From: an uncultured virus (IMG/VR IMGVR_UViG_3300037466_002047)
Lineage: Duplodnaviria; Heunggongvirae; Uroviricota; Caudoviricetes
Length of the DNA stretch: 36,382 nucleotides
IMG/VR virus record: IMGVR_UViG_3300037466_002047
Strand: one strand, 5' to 3'
Positions 1 through 7,455 of the stretch are shown here, one piece after another. The notes beneath the pieces are model-generated. The model made no database searches. It was not told where the DNA came from and saw nothing but the letters and a program-made list of their open reading frames with translations. Positions within the stretch are counted from its first letter, which is position 1. Each line of letters begins with the position of its first letter. Made by a program: the position numbers and the translations under genes.

Positions 1-2
1 AG

Positions 3-104
3 TTCAAAGAAACGCGAACCCATGTTGCGGTTATCGAGGCCGACGACGCCGAAATCAAGCGCGTGGTGTCCGCACGGATCGCCATGCATAACCTGTCGAG
101 ATAG
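3..104 (+). CDS. 3' end of a hypothetical gene truncated by the window edge
   Basis: Open frame FKETRTHVAVIEADDAEIKRVVSARIAMHNLSR* ending just before the next ATG. Confidence 0.45.
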   Translation, partial: FKETRTHVAVIEADDAEIKRVVSARIAMHNLSR

Positions 105-110
105 GCCGCC

Positions 111-311
111 ATGATCACAGATAATAATCGCAGCTTTTTGAAGCTACTCCTGCGGTCCCCCGACATCGGCGACGGCTGGCGTCAGGTTTCGGATGTCGTC
201 TGGCCGCTCGTATCGGGGTTTGACAAGAAAGAACTACTGGAATTGAACGAAGACGAGAAGCGGGTCCGATTGTCCCCTGACGGTCTAGTCGTAGCGAACT
301 ACTTGGTTTGA
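111..311 (+). CDS. Hypothetical phage protein (66 aa)
   Basis: ATG-started ORF with natural composition, convergent with the lysis cassette. Confidence 0.65.
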   Translation: MITDNNRSFLKLLLRSPDIGDGWRQVSDVVWPLVSGFDKKELLELNEDEKRVRLSPDGLVVANYLV

Positions 312-323
312 AGGAATATGCCG

Positions 324-767
324 CTAACCGAGCGTCCCAGGCGCGAAGCAATATGTCTGCCTACCGCCGCCGACACCTACCCACCACCAAACCGCATGTC
401 CTGTCGGATTCGGGCCAGTGAGAACCTTGTACTTCTCGATTTTCTCGCCTTCGACTATCACGCTGCCGTCTTGGTTGAGCGTGTAGTCGCCATAGTACGG
501 ATGCCCGTCTGCTTCGTCACAGCACCATAGGCCAGCTGCGTTGTGCTGTGACCTATACCACTGCGCATGAGGGGCATTGGCGTATTTGCCGGAGGGATCG
601 CGGGCATGAGCGGTTGCCAGACCAATCAAACATGCGATGATGATCAGTGCACCATAAATGGCTTTCGTCTGCCAGTCGCCAAATCTGCTATAGTCGGACG
701 TCTCCGGCGAATAGATTTTGCCGCTCAGCCTGAAAGCTTCGGAGAGCGGATCGTCCAGATCGCTCAT
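324..767 (-). CDS. Exported or membrane-anchored Cys-containing protein at the end of the lysis cassette
   Basis: Hydrophobic segment ending AHA, then WCCDEADG and YCFAPG motifs; ATGA overlap with upstream gene. Confidence 0.7.
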   Translation of the reverse strand: MSDLDDPLSEAFRLSGKIYSPETSDYSRFGDWQTKAIYGALIIIACLIGLATAHARDPSGKYANAPHAQWYRSQHNAAGLWCCDEADGHPYYGDYTLNQDGSVIVEGEKIEKYKVLTGPNPTGHAVWWWVGVGGGRQTYCFAPGTLG

Positions 768-1099
768 CCTGTATATTCCCGGTCGATGCCACGTGCGCCG
801 CGCACAAACCCCTCACCGTGACGCAACTCGTCATAGCGGCGATCAAGGGTATCCATGCGAGCGTCCATCGTATCGAGGCGCTGCTTTTGAACGGCCACGT
901 CGGTCAGAAGTGTATTGACGACCTTCATTTCATCCTTCAGACCTTTGATCTCGTCTGCTTGTTGCTTCATGGCCAATTCTACCCGCCCGGTAGTGCGACC
1001 GAGTCGGATCAAAATAAGGCCGCCGCCGCCGACGATGCCGATAACTTCGATTAGCTTTAGCCCTGTATCGAGTGCAGCGAGTGCATCGGCCCCTGTCAC
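764..1099 (-). CDS. Single-TM coiled-coil protein, holin- or spanin-like
   Basis: N-terminal TM followed by a heptad-rich helix; GTG at 1099 overlaps the upstream peptide stop (alternative start 1105). Confidence 0.6.
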   Translation of the reverse strand: MTGADALAALDTGLKLIEVIGIVGGGGLILIRLGRTTGRVELAMKQQADEIKGLKDEMKVVNTLLTDVAVQKQRLDTMDARMDTLDRRYDELRHGEGFVRGARGIDREYTG

Positions 1100-1149
1100 T
1101 GCCACGACCTTTCATTAACGTTTATTGGTTCAAGATCGTCGGCGGTCAT
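1096..1149 (-). CDS. Putative 17-aa leader peptide MTADDLEPINVNERSWQ
   Basis: Strong AAAGGAGG RBS; stop overlaps the next gene as GTGA. Confidence 0.4.
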   Translation of the reverse strand: MTADDLEPINVNERSWQ

Positions 1150-1215
1150 TCGGGCCTCCTTTCAGGCTCGGGTGGTCAGGGTCGGGCGAGCGTTGCCGCG
1201 CTCGTTCGGCCCGCT

Positions 1216-1611
1216 CTACTTTCGTCCGAAAATGGCAATCGCGGCCTGGGAAAGCCCTTGACCTATGCCGACAGCGGCACCGGACGGAAACACGTTGGCG
1301 ATGATGAGCCTCGCCCATTCGAGCGTTTCGCCTTCCAGGTGGGGCGTATGGCCCAGGCCGAGCGCGGAATCCCACGCCACGGACTTGCCGAAGTAGAAGG
1401 CGAGAGGCAGCGTGAATGCGAGCCACGCGACCCAAAAGGCCCGATAGGCCATCGCCGCTTTGGTTTGGCTAAGGCGTGCCTCCAGCGTCTTAATGCGGGC
1501 GTCCCACAGGATTCGCTCTTGATCGGTCTGCGCGTTCTCATGCGCTGTGTAGGCCGCCGTCATATCCTTTAGAATTGCGCCGATCGGATTGAGCCAAGCA
1601 AGGAAGCCCAT
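1216..1611 (-). CDS. Putative holin (multi-TM, 3TM-holin-like)
   Basis: Amphipathic N-terminus plus two hydrophobic segments, downstream of the endolysin. Confidence 0.6.
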   Translation of the reverse strand: MGFLAWLNPIGAILKDMTAAYTAHENAQTDQERILWDARIKTLEARLSQTKAAMAYRAFWVAWLAFTLPLAFYFGKSVAWDSALGLGHTPHLEGETLEWARLIIANVFPSGAAVGIGQGLSQAAIAIFGRK

Positions 1612-1614
1612 GGC

Positions 1615-1971
1615 TCACGCCTTTTTCAGCGTGCGAGCGCGTGCCCAAGCAACGACGGCGGCAAAGAGAGCTAGGGCAATGCCGACATCCGTGGGCGTCA
1701 CCCACGCCTGGATAACCTGCTTGAATGCGTCTGCTGCGCCGGGATCATTCAGCAGACCGCAAACCCAATCTGTGACTTGGCTGCTAACCGCGACGAGAAG
1801 TCCGGAAAGCACCCCGAGCTGCGCCACAACCATCGTGGCCGATCCCCTCCCCGCATCGATCCATCTGCCGAATCCGGTTGAGGTCGATTTCAGGTACGAG
1901 GAAACGAAGTCATAGAGGACGACCGCGAAGATCGCGAGCGCGACAAAAGTGGTGATAGCTTTGAACGACAT
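1615..1971 (-). CDS. Membrane protein with about 3 TM segments, lysis cassette
   Basis: Three hydrophobic segments and a basic C-terminus. Confidence 0.65.
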   Translation of the reverse strand: MSFKAITTFVALAIFAVVLYDFVSSYLKSTSTGFGRWIDAGRGSATMVVAQLGVLSGLLVAVSSQVTDWVCGLLNDPGAADAFKQVIQAWVTPTDVGIALALFAAVVAWARARTLKKA

Positions 1972-1974
1972 AGC

Positions 1975-2586
1975 TCAGCCCTTTTTGTGGAAATATCGAA
2001 TGATGGCAATCACGGCGATTGCCGCGACAACAACCCCAAGCACGACTGACCACCACGGCAATCCCGCCTGTACGCTGGAGGCCGCAGCAGCCGCGCCGAC
2101 CGTAACGGCGGCTGGCATTTCGGCCGGGTGCTGTTTCGGCTTGGCGATGACGGGAACGGGCTTTGGCGGGAAGACGAGCTTCCGCGCTTCCTCCCATTCC
2201 GCATTGGTCATGGGATAGGGCTCGCCAGCTTCCCATTGCGCCTGCGCCTGCATCAGCGCGAGGCCCTTGGGGCCGGCAAGCAGCGCGTCGGTGACTTGAT
2301 CGTTCTGCGCAATGCCCGTGCGCTTTTTGAGGAACGTCATATAGGCCGTGGAGCTATTGCCGCCCGACCATTTGCGCACGGCTGCGGAGAGAGACATTCC
2401 GGTATAGGCACGACGCCATAGATCGAGTTGCGCAGCCGCGCCTTTGACCTTTGTCGGAAAGACGGCAATGTGGTTGCTCTGCCCGTCTTTCAGAACGAGA
2501 TCGTCAATAGCACCCCATTTCTTGGCGTGCGCGCCGCCCCACATTGCGCCGGGGTTATTCGTCCTAATGGATGCCGGCTCTGTCAT
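1975..2586 (-). CDS. Putative endolysin (lysozyme-like) with C-terminal TM segment
   Basis: SIRTNNPGAM resembles the RNNNPGN motif of phage lysozyme-like proteins; Pro-rich linker then hydrophobic tail; first gene of the lysis block. Confidence 0.7.
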   Translation of the reverse strand: MTEPASIRTNNPGAMWGGAHAKKWGAIDDLVLKDGQSNHIAVFPTKVKGAAAQLDLWRRAYTGMSLSAAVRKWSGGNSSTAYMTFLKKRTGIAQNDQVTDALLAGPKGLALMQAQAQWEAGEPYPMTNAEWEEARKLVFPPKPVPVIAKPKQHPAEMPAAVTVGAAAAASSVQAGLPWWSVVLGVVVAAIAVIAIIRYFHKKG

Positions 2587-2598
2587 GCTTCACCCAAT

Positions 2599-2626
2599 AA
2601 AAAAGCCGCCCTGAGGCGGCGATTTT
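2599..2626 (-). terminator. Intrinsic terminator, possibly bidirectional
   Basis: GCCGCC-ctga-GGCGGC stem with A6 on the left and GATTTT on the right. Confidence 0.7.
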
Positions 2627-2640
2627 GATTCTCTCTGCGG

Positions 2641-2669
2641 TTGCATTCGCATGAAACGATAGCTACGAT
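2641..2669 (+). promoter_or_regulatory. Sigma70-like promoter of the moron gene
   Basis: TTGCAT-N17-TACGAT, then GGAGGT RBS at 2691-2696. Confidence 0.55.
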
Positions 2670-2702
2670 TGACTCTGCCGCGCGGCAATCGGAGGTATCC
2701 CC

Positions 2703-2924
2703 ATGATCGCCCTTCTCGCTACAGCGGTTATCTCAGTTGGCACCCATGGCGGCCTATGCCCGCCGCCTGCTCATCTCCTCAATGCTCCTGTCCCAATAAT
2801 CGAGCACTGCCCTGAGAAGGCCGTGCAAGACACTCAGAACGGTCGATACAAGCAGGACGATAAGAAATCAGGACGCGACCGCCTTGAAGACCGCAAAGTT
2901 AATCACGATGGCCTCGCTCAATGA
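2703..2924 (+). CDS. Moron-like small exported protein (73 aa)
   Basis: Own promoter and RBS, hydrophobic N-terminus, two Cys; opposite to the late operon and overlapping the tail fibre 3' end. Confidence 0.5.
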   Translation: MIALLATAVISVGTHGGLCPPPAHLLNAPVPIIEHCPEKAVQDTQNGRYKQDDKKSGRDRLEDRKVNHDGLAQ

Positions 2925-5570
2925 GCCGCCAGACGTGTTGGTGATCTTCAGCCTGAAGCTGCCCGCGCTAACAGCAACGACATCAATTCTATAGCTGCCT
3001 ACCGTTCCGCCCGATGCGTGGTTTGCAATAACAACGTCTGTGGCCGCAGCCGCGCCGTTGTTCACTGTGAACATAGCGGATGCGCCAGCCGCGAGCGCAT
3101 CGTTCATCGTAGTGATAGCGCCGCTCGCTGCCGTCAGCGAGACGTTGGTAGACTTGCTGACAGTTTGCGTGACCGCCCCGCCCGCGCCGATGGCATAGCC
3201 CACACCAGCAGTCGCATGACTGGATTTGATGGAGCTTGTCGCAGCAACTGGCCCGCTTGGAACGAGCGTTCCGCCGACTTGCAAGCCCTGATTGATAGAA
3301 ACCGAGCCATCGCTGTTGATCGTCATGCGATCTGTAAAATTTGTAGCAAACCGCAATTTCGTCAGCGAGTGAATGCGCCAGCCGTCAGTACCAATCCCAG
3401 CCGCAACAATACCGCGCGGGCCGTAATATACACTGCCGGTGCCTACAGGATCAGGTTCGTCGTTGTCGTATGGAACCTCCATGAGAACGTAGTCGCTGTT
3501 CTCTTGGGCTATAACGGCAGTGACATACCCTTCGGTTTGGACAGTTCCGCCGTAGTTTCCACGGAAGACCGTACCAAGCTGTGAGCCTTTGACGTAGGAT
3601 AGGTTGTTCGGGTTATTAAACGCACCACCGAGAACGGTGTCCCCGAGTATGGGCGGCGTCAGATTTATTACGTCAACTTCATCGCCCCTAAAGCTTTGCG
3701 TAGCCCGTACAACAAGTCCAGCATAGAGACCTGAGTAAATGGCAGACGAAATCAGTTTGCAGTCGCGACACCCATGGAAGCCGGAAGGCGCATCACCGAG
3801 CAGGTATGACGGATCGTCTGTCGTGTTGCCGCCCGTGCTCTTGGACCCGTCAAAAATTGCCGAAGCCCACCAATAGGGTGTTCCTGAAACAGTGCTCGTG
3901 GAAACAAATATATTATTCATACGGGTGTTGTAGGTGCAGCCAAAATGACCACGCAGACTGCCAGAGGCGTTTCCCGCTGGTAGCGCGTTGCCTTTCGATA
4001 AATCGTATGAGCCGCCCCAGATACCAACGCCGCCAACAGACGTTCCGCCAGCAAGCACGGTCACATTGAGGAGCGTAATATTCAACGGATACGCATCGCC
4101 GTCCTGGGTCGGGCCGAGCTTAATGAACGGATCGAGCGGCTTATCGAGCAGCGTTCCGCCGCTGACATAAGCATTGGTGAATGTTGACCCTACAAGATCA
4201 ACAAAATTGAACCCACGGTGCCCAACCGCCCATTGTCCATTCGACTCAGTCGTTCCCACGGTTCCGTAAACGCCGACCGCATCGCCGTGATTGAGGTAAG
4301 TGAAATCGTGGCTTCCACCAGTCTGCACCCGCACGGGAATTGAAATTGAGATATTTCCGTCAGGGTCAGTTTCGGTGACGCCAACTGTACCAAGATTTGA
4401 GGTCGGACTGACAACACCAAAGCAGTTGTCATCCCAATTCATCTTGACGGCGGTAATACTATTCGCAGCTAGCGTTGCGTTCGCATTAATCGCCGTAACA
4501 AGCTTATCAACCACGGTCCCGAGTGTGTCTCCGCTCTGAACCGTGTAGGTCACAGTGACGGACAATGACGTAAATCCGACGCCGAGAGTGTGCCCCGTCG
4601 TGAGCGCCCCCGTGAGAAACACCGTGCGGCCCGACGAACTGGCCCCGATAGCTCCAGTCAGAGCGATCACATTCCCAGGCTGATAATTACGGACAAAAAC
4701 GGCCGGATCAGCAGGTGTACCTTGAATAGTGACATATGACGGGATTTGCTTCGGCGGATTTTTGAAATACCACGTGCCGGATAGGTCAAGGATAGGACGA
4801 ACAACCGCACCGGACGTAACGCTGTCCATAAAGGTATTCCACGCAGCCGAATTGTCCGCAGTGCCGCTACTGTCAAACCCAATATCGGACGCGGTATAAA
4901 CGCCGTTGACTCTCTTGAGCTGAGAGGCGTCAACAGCCGGAAGCCTGGCTGTGCCATCCAGTTGAACGACTTGATTTGCGGACGTGCCGACATCGAGAAC
5001 GGCGGATGTGCCAAGGCCCAGATTTTCCCGAGCATCAGAGGCATTGGCAAGATCACTCAGGTCGTTGGCAGATAAAAGCGTGCCCGATGCCACTGCCGAG
5101 GTCGTGCGAATCGTCCAATCCGCATGCGTTCCGGAACCGCTAGTAAGTACAAAATCAATGGTGATGGACGTTCCTGAATAGTCCGTCACCTGCCCGGTCA
5201 TATAGTTTGTCGTGTCGGCGTCGCTTGTTGCGACAACCCATTGCCCAATGGCGATGTCGCGCCCGGTTTGCACCGTGAATGTTTTTGAACCTGTGCCGAT
5301 CGTTTGGCTGGTTGTTGACGTGAGTTTATGCAGGGCGTCGGACAGGCCCGTCAGGGTCAATACATTGTACTGCCCCGTAACTGGATCAAATATCCACAAT
5401 TGCTTAGATGATGGGTCTGGAATGTTGTCCGGCGTTGCCTCGGAGATGGATGCAAAGTCCGGCTGAATGGTGAAGACACCGTTTGCCTTTGATACTTTGA
5501 TCCCGCCCGAGCCTACAACTGAGGCGGGGAAATTAACAGGCACGCGGAGCTTAAGATTTTGCACAGTCAT
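2868..5570 (-). CDS. Tail fibre / tailspike receptor-binding protein (~900 aa)
   Basis: Start reassigned to ATG 5570 (ATGA overlap); G/S/T/V-rich; LSDLANASDARENLGLG fibre motif; beta-helix-like entry IGFDSSGTADNSAAWN. Confidence 0.85.
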   Translation of the reverse strand: MTVQNLKLRVPVNFPASVVGSGGIKVSKANGVFTIQPDFASISEATPDNIPDPSSKQLWIFDPVTGQYNVLTLTGLSDALHKLTSTTSQTIGTGSKTFTVQTGRDIAIGQWVVATSDADTTNYMTGQVTDYSGTSITIDFVLTSGSGTHADWTIRTTSAVASGTLLSANDLSDLANASDARENLGLGTSAVLDVGTSANQVVQLDGTARLPAVDASQLKRVNGVYTASDIGFDSSGTADNSAAWNTFMDSVTSGAVVRPILDLSGTWYFKNPPKQIPSYVTIQGTPADPAVFVRNYQPGNVIALTGAIGASSSGRTVFLTGALTTGHTLGVGFTSLSVTVTYTVQSGDTLGTVVDKLVTAINANATLAANSITAVKMNWDDNCFGVVSPTSNLGTVGVTETDPDGNISISIPVRVQTGGSHDFTYLNHGDAVGVYGTVGTTESNGQWAVGHRGFNFVDLVGSTFTNAYVSGGTLLDKPLDPFIKLGPTQDGDAYPLNITLLNVTVLAGGTSVGGVGIWGGSYDLSKGNALPAGNASGSLRGHFGCTYNTRMNNIFVSTSTVSGTPYWWASAIFDGSKSTGGNTTDDPSYLLGDAPSGFHGCRDCKLISSAIYSGLYAGLVVRATQSFRGDEVDVINLTPPILGDTVLGGAFNNPNNLSYVKGSQLGTVFRGNYGGTVQTEGYVTAVIAQENSDYVLMEVPYDNDEPDPVGTGSVYYGPRGIVAAGIGTDGWRIHSLTKLRFATNFTDRMTINSDGSVSINQGLQVGGTLVPSGPVAATSSIKSSHATAGVGYAIGAGGAVTQTVSKSTNVSLTAASGAITTMNDALAAGASAMFTVNNGAAAATDVVIANHASGGTVGSYRIDVVAVSAGSFRLKITNTSGGSLSEAIVINFAVFKAVAS

Positions 5571-5911
5571 CGCGATACGACTCCGTCGAGCACCGGCAGC
5601 GTGCCGATGATGAATTGGGTCACGTCGTCCCCGTCGCTGATGGTCACGCCAACGTCGTAGGTGTCGGCGCAGAGGGCCGCCATTTCGTCGCGCGTGAATA
5701 ACGCCGTGAACAAGCCGGTTGATGGATTTGTGATCTTCCCGTTGTCTGTCGATGCCGACAGAACAATGCATCCCTGGCGCGTGTCGCGAACTTCAAGCGT
5801 GAACGACAGCGCAGAAATATCGACAAGTTCACCCGTGTCATCGTCAACGACCTCGCGCGAGAATGACCAACTTGCGCGATTGGACACCGGAGGAAGGGGG
5901 CCGACATACAT
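5567..5911 (-). CDS. Tail-associated small protein
   Basis: Beta-rich 114 aa protein translationally coupled between two tail genes. Confidence 0.7.
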   Translation of the reverse strand: MYVGPLPPVSNRASWSFSREVVDDDTGELVDISALSFTLEVRDTRQGCIVLSASTDNGKITNPSTGLFTALFTRDEMAALCADTYDVGVTISDGDDVTQFIIGTLPVLDGVVSR

Positions 5912-5913
5912 GG

Positions 5914-6858
5914 TCAGAGTTTCCGGAAGAACGTGCCGAGCACGGTGCGCTGCACGTTGTTGTGCGCGATGTCGCCGCCTGCGGTATCGATCGTGATGCC
6001 TGTCTCGGCAGTTTCGCTCGCGACGTTCACGTTCGAGCCTGGACCGGTAAGGCCGACGTTGCCGCCGCCGCCGAGTTGAGTCAGCGAACCAAATTGGGTG
6101 ACATGGGGATGGCCAGGGTCGTGCAGGGTGTGAGGGTGTTTCGCCAGTTCCGAGACTGTGAGCTGGTGTGTCGTCTCACCGATCAGCGAGCCGGCCGCCG
6201 TCACCGTTCCGAGTATCAGCGGGACGTTCGCAAGCCTGCCGGCCGCGCTGTTGCCCATGTCGTCCAGGCCGCCCGGCACATAGCCGCGCTTGTCTGGAAG
6301 CGTGATTTGCTTATTGGCCGCCCAGTCTGCCGCCGCGTTCGCACCGCGGCCGCCCACGACCGGACAGATAGAATCCGAGTATGTCGTCCAGAGGAAAGTA
6401 AACAGCGCCTCACAATCTGCGTTCGCTCGCTCGCTTGCGCCCGATGTTGCAGAGCCAATCGTGCGGCCGTTGTCCCTCACCCATCCGGCGCGTGTGCCGG
6501 ACTGATCGAGCCACATCAGGTCGCCGGTCTGGAATATGGTGGTGCTATCGACGGTCGAGCCCCCACCCGAGCCGGAGGATGGTCCCAGAATCTGCGTTGA
6601 CGTGGAGGAAATCTGCACCACGCCGCTCTTGTCGGTCAGGACGAACTTGATATTACCGTCCGCGAGCCAGAATTCCGGTACTCGACCCGATGAGTCCAGA
6701 ATGATAGGATTGGGATGTGGGAGCGTTAACGCCGTGTCCTTATAGGCATTTTGGGGCGTTGTGGTCGCAGCCTGGAAGAAGGAAAGCCTGCCGCCTGACA
6801 ACGGCTTTCCCGTGTTGTCGAATTGCTGCGAGAGGCTGAGGTTGATTGTGCCGCTCAT
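5914..6858 (-). CDS. Tail protein with a head-binding-like N-terminus and a tail-collar-like C-terminus
   Basis: FDNTGKPLSGGRLSFF...NPIILDSSGR N-terminus; GWVRDNGRTIG, LPDKRG, GETTHQLTVSEL and HNNVQ collar motifs. Confidence 0.8.
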   Translation of the reverse strand: MSGTINLSLSQQFDNTGKPLSGGRLSFFQAATTTPQNAYKDTALTLPHPNPIILDSSGRVPEFWLADGNIKFVLTDKSGVVQISSTSTQILGPSSGSGGGSTVDSTTIFQTGDLMWLDQSGTRAGWVRDNGRTIGSATSGASERANADCEALFTFLWTTYSDSICPVVGGRGANAAADWAANKQITLPDKRGYVPGGLDDMGNSAAGRLANVPLILGTVTAAGSLIGETTHQLTVSELAKHPHTLHDPGHPHVTQFGSLTQLGGGGNVGLTGPGSNVNVASETAETGITIDTAGGDIAHNNVQRTVLGTFFRKL

Positions 6859-7367
6859 TATGAGGCCCTCGCGAAGCTACCGAAATATCTTTGAGCCGCC
6901 TCGTAGTAGGCCGCGCTTGCATCGTCGCCGGACCCGTATGTTCCTAGTGATATCGAACGACCATGAACCTCAATCTCTGCTCGCCATCTGTCGCCTCGCT
7001 TGCGCACCCCTTTGAATCCGCTTGTATTGGTTTTAGGGGTCTTACGATTGGCACCGTTCTGATGTGCAGAAGCCAAGCGCAAGTTGGATAGTCGGTTGTT
7101 GAGTCTGTCCCCATCCGCATGATCGATCTGCCCAGAGGGCACTACACCGTAGGCAAAAAGCCAAATCAGACGATGCACGAGATATTGGTGTCCATAAATT
7201 TTGGTTCCCAAATAGCCGCCAGACACAACGGTTCCGGCCTTCTGGCCAGCCGCCACCTTAGGAGACATACGCCTGCGCCATCTCAGCACTCCAGTTGATG
7301 GCTCGTAGTCGAATAAGGCCCTTAACTCGGCCTGGGAAATCGGGTATATTTTTTTCATGCCGGCCAT
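6858..7367 (-). CDS. HNH homing endonuclease with C-terminal AP2 domain
   Basis: HRLIW...IDHADGDRLNNRLSNLR followed by NTSGFKGV...WRAEI...LGTY. Confidence 0.92.
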   Translation of the reverse strand: MAGMKKIYPISQAELRALFDYEPSTGVLRWRRRMSPKVAAGQKAGTVVSGGYLGTKIYGHQYLVHRLIWLFAYGVVPSGQIDHADGDRLNNRLSNLRLASAHQNGANRKTPKTNTSGFKGVRKRGDRWRAEIEVHGRSISLGTYGSGDDASAAYYEAAQRYFGSFARAS

Positions 7368-7377
7368 GAGGTTCTTT

Positions 7378-7406
7378 CAAAGAAAAAGCCGCCCGTTGGG
7401 GCGGCT
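7378..7406 (-). terminator. Intrinsic terminator
   Basis: AGCCGCCC-gttg-GGGCGGCT stem with a U-tract on the minus strand. Confidence 0.7.
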
Positions 7407-7455
7407 GCTTTGGACTTCCTATTTTGCGATAGTCTGGTCTGGTGTCTTCGGCCCG

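Noticed and set aside
5571..5771. N-terminal extension of the tail fibre ORF
   Set aside because: Overlaps the 114-aa gene; ATG 5570 with an ATGA overlap is the better start
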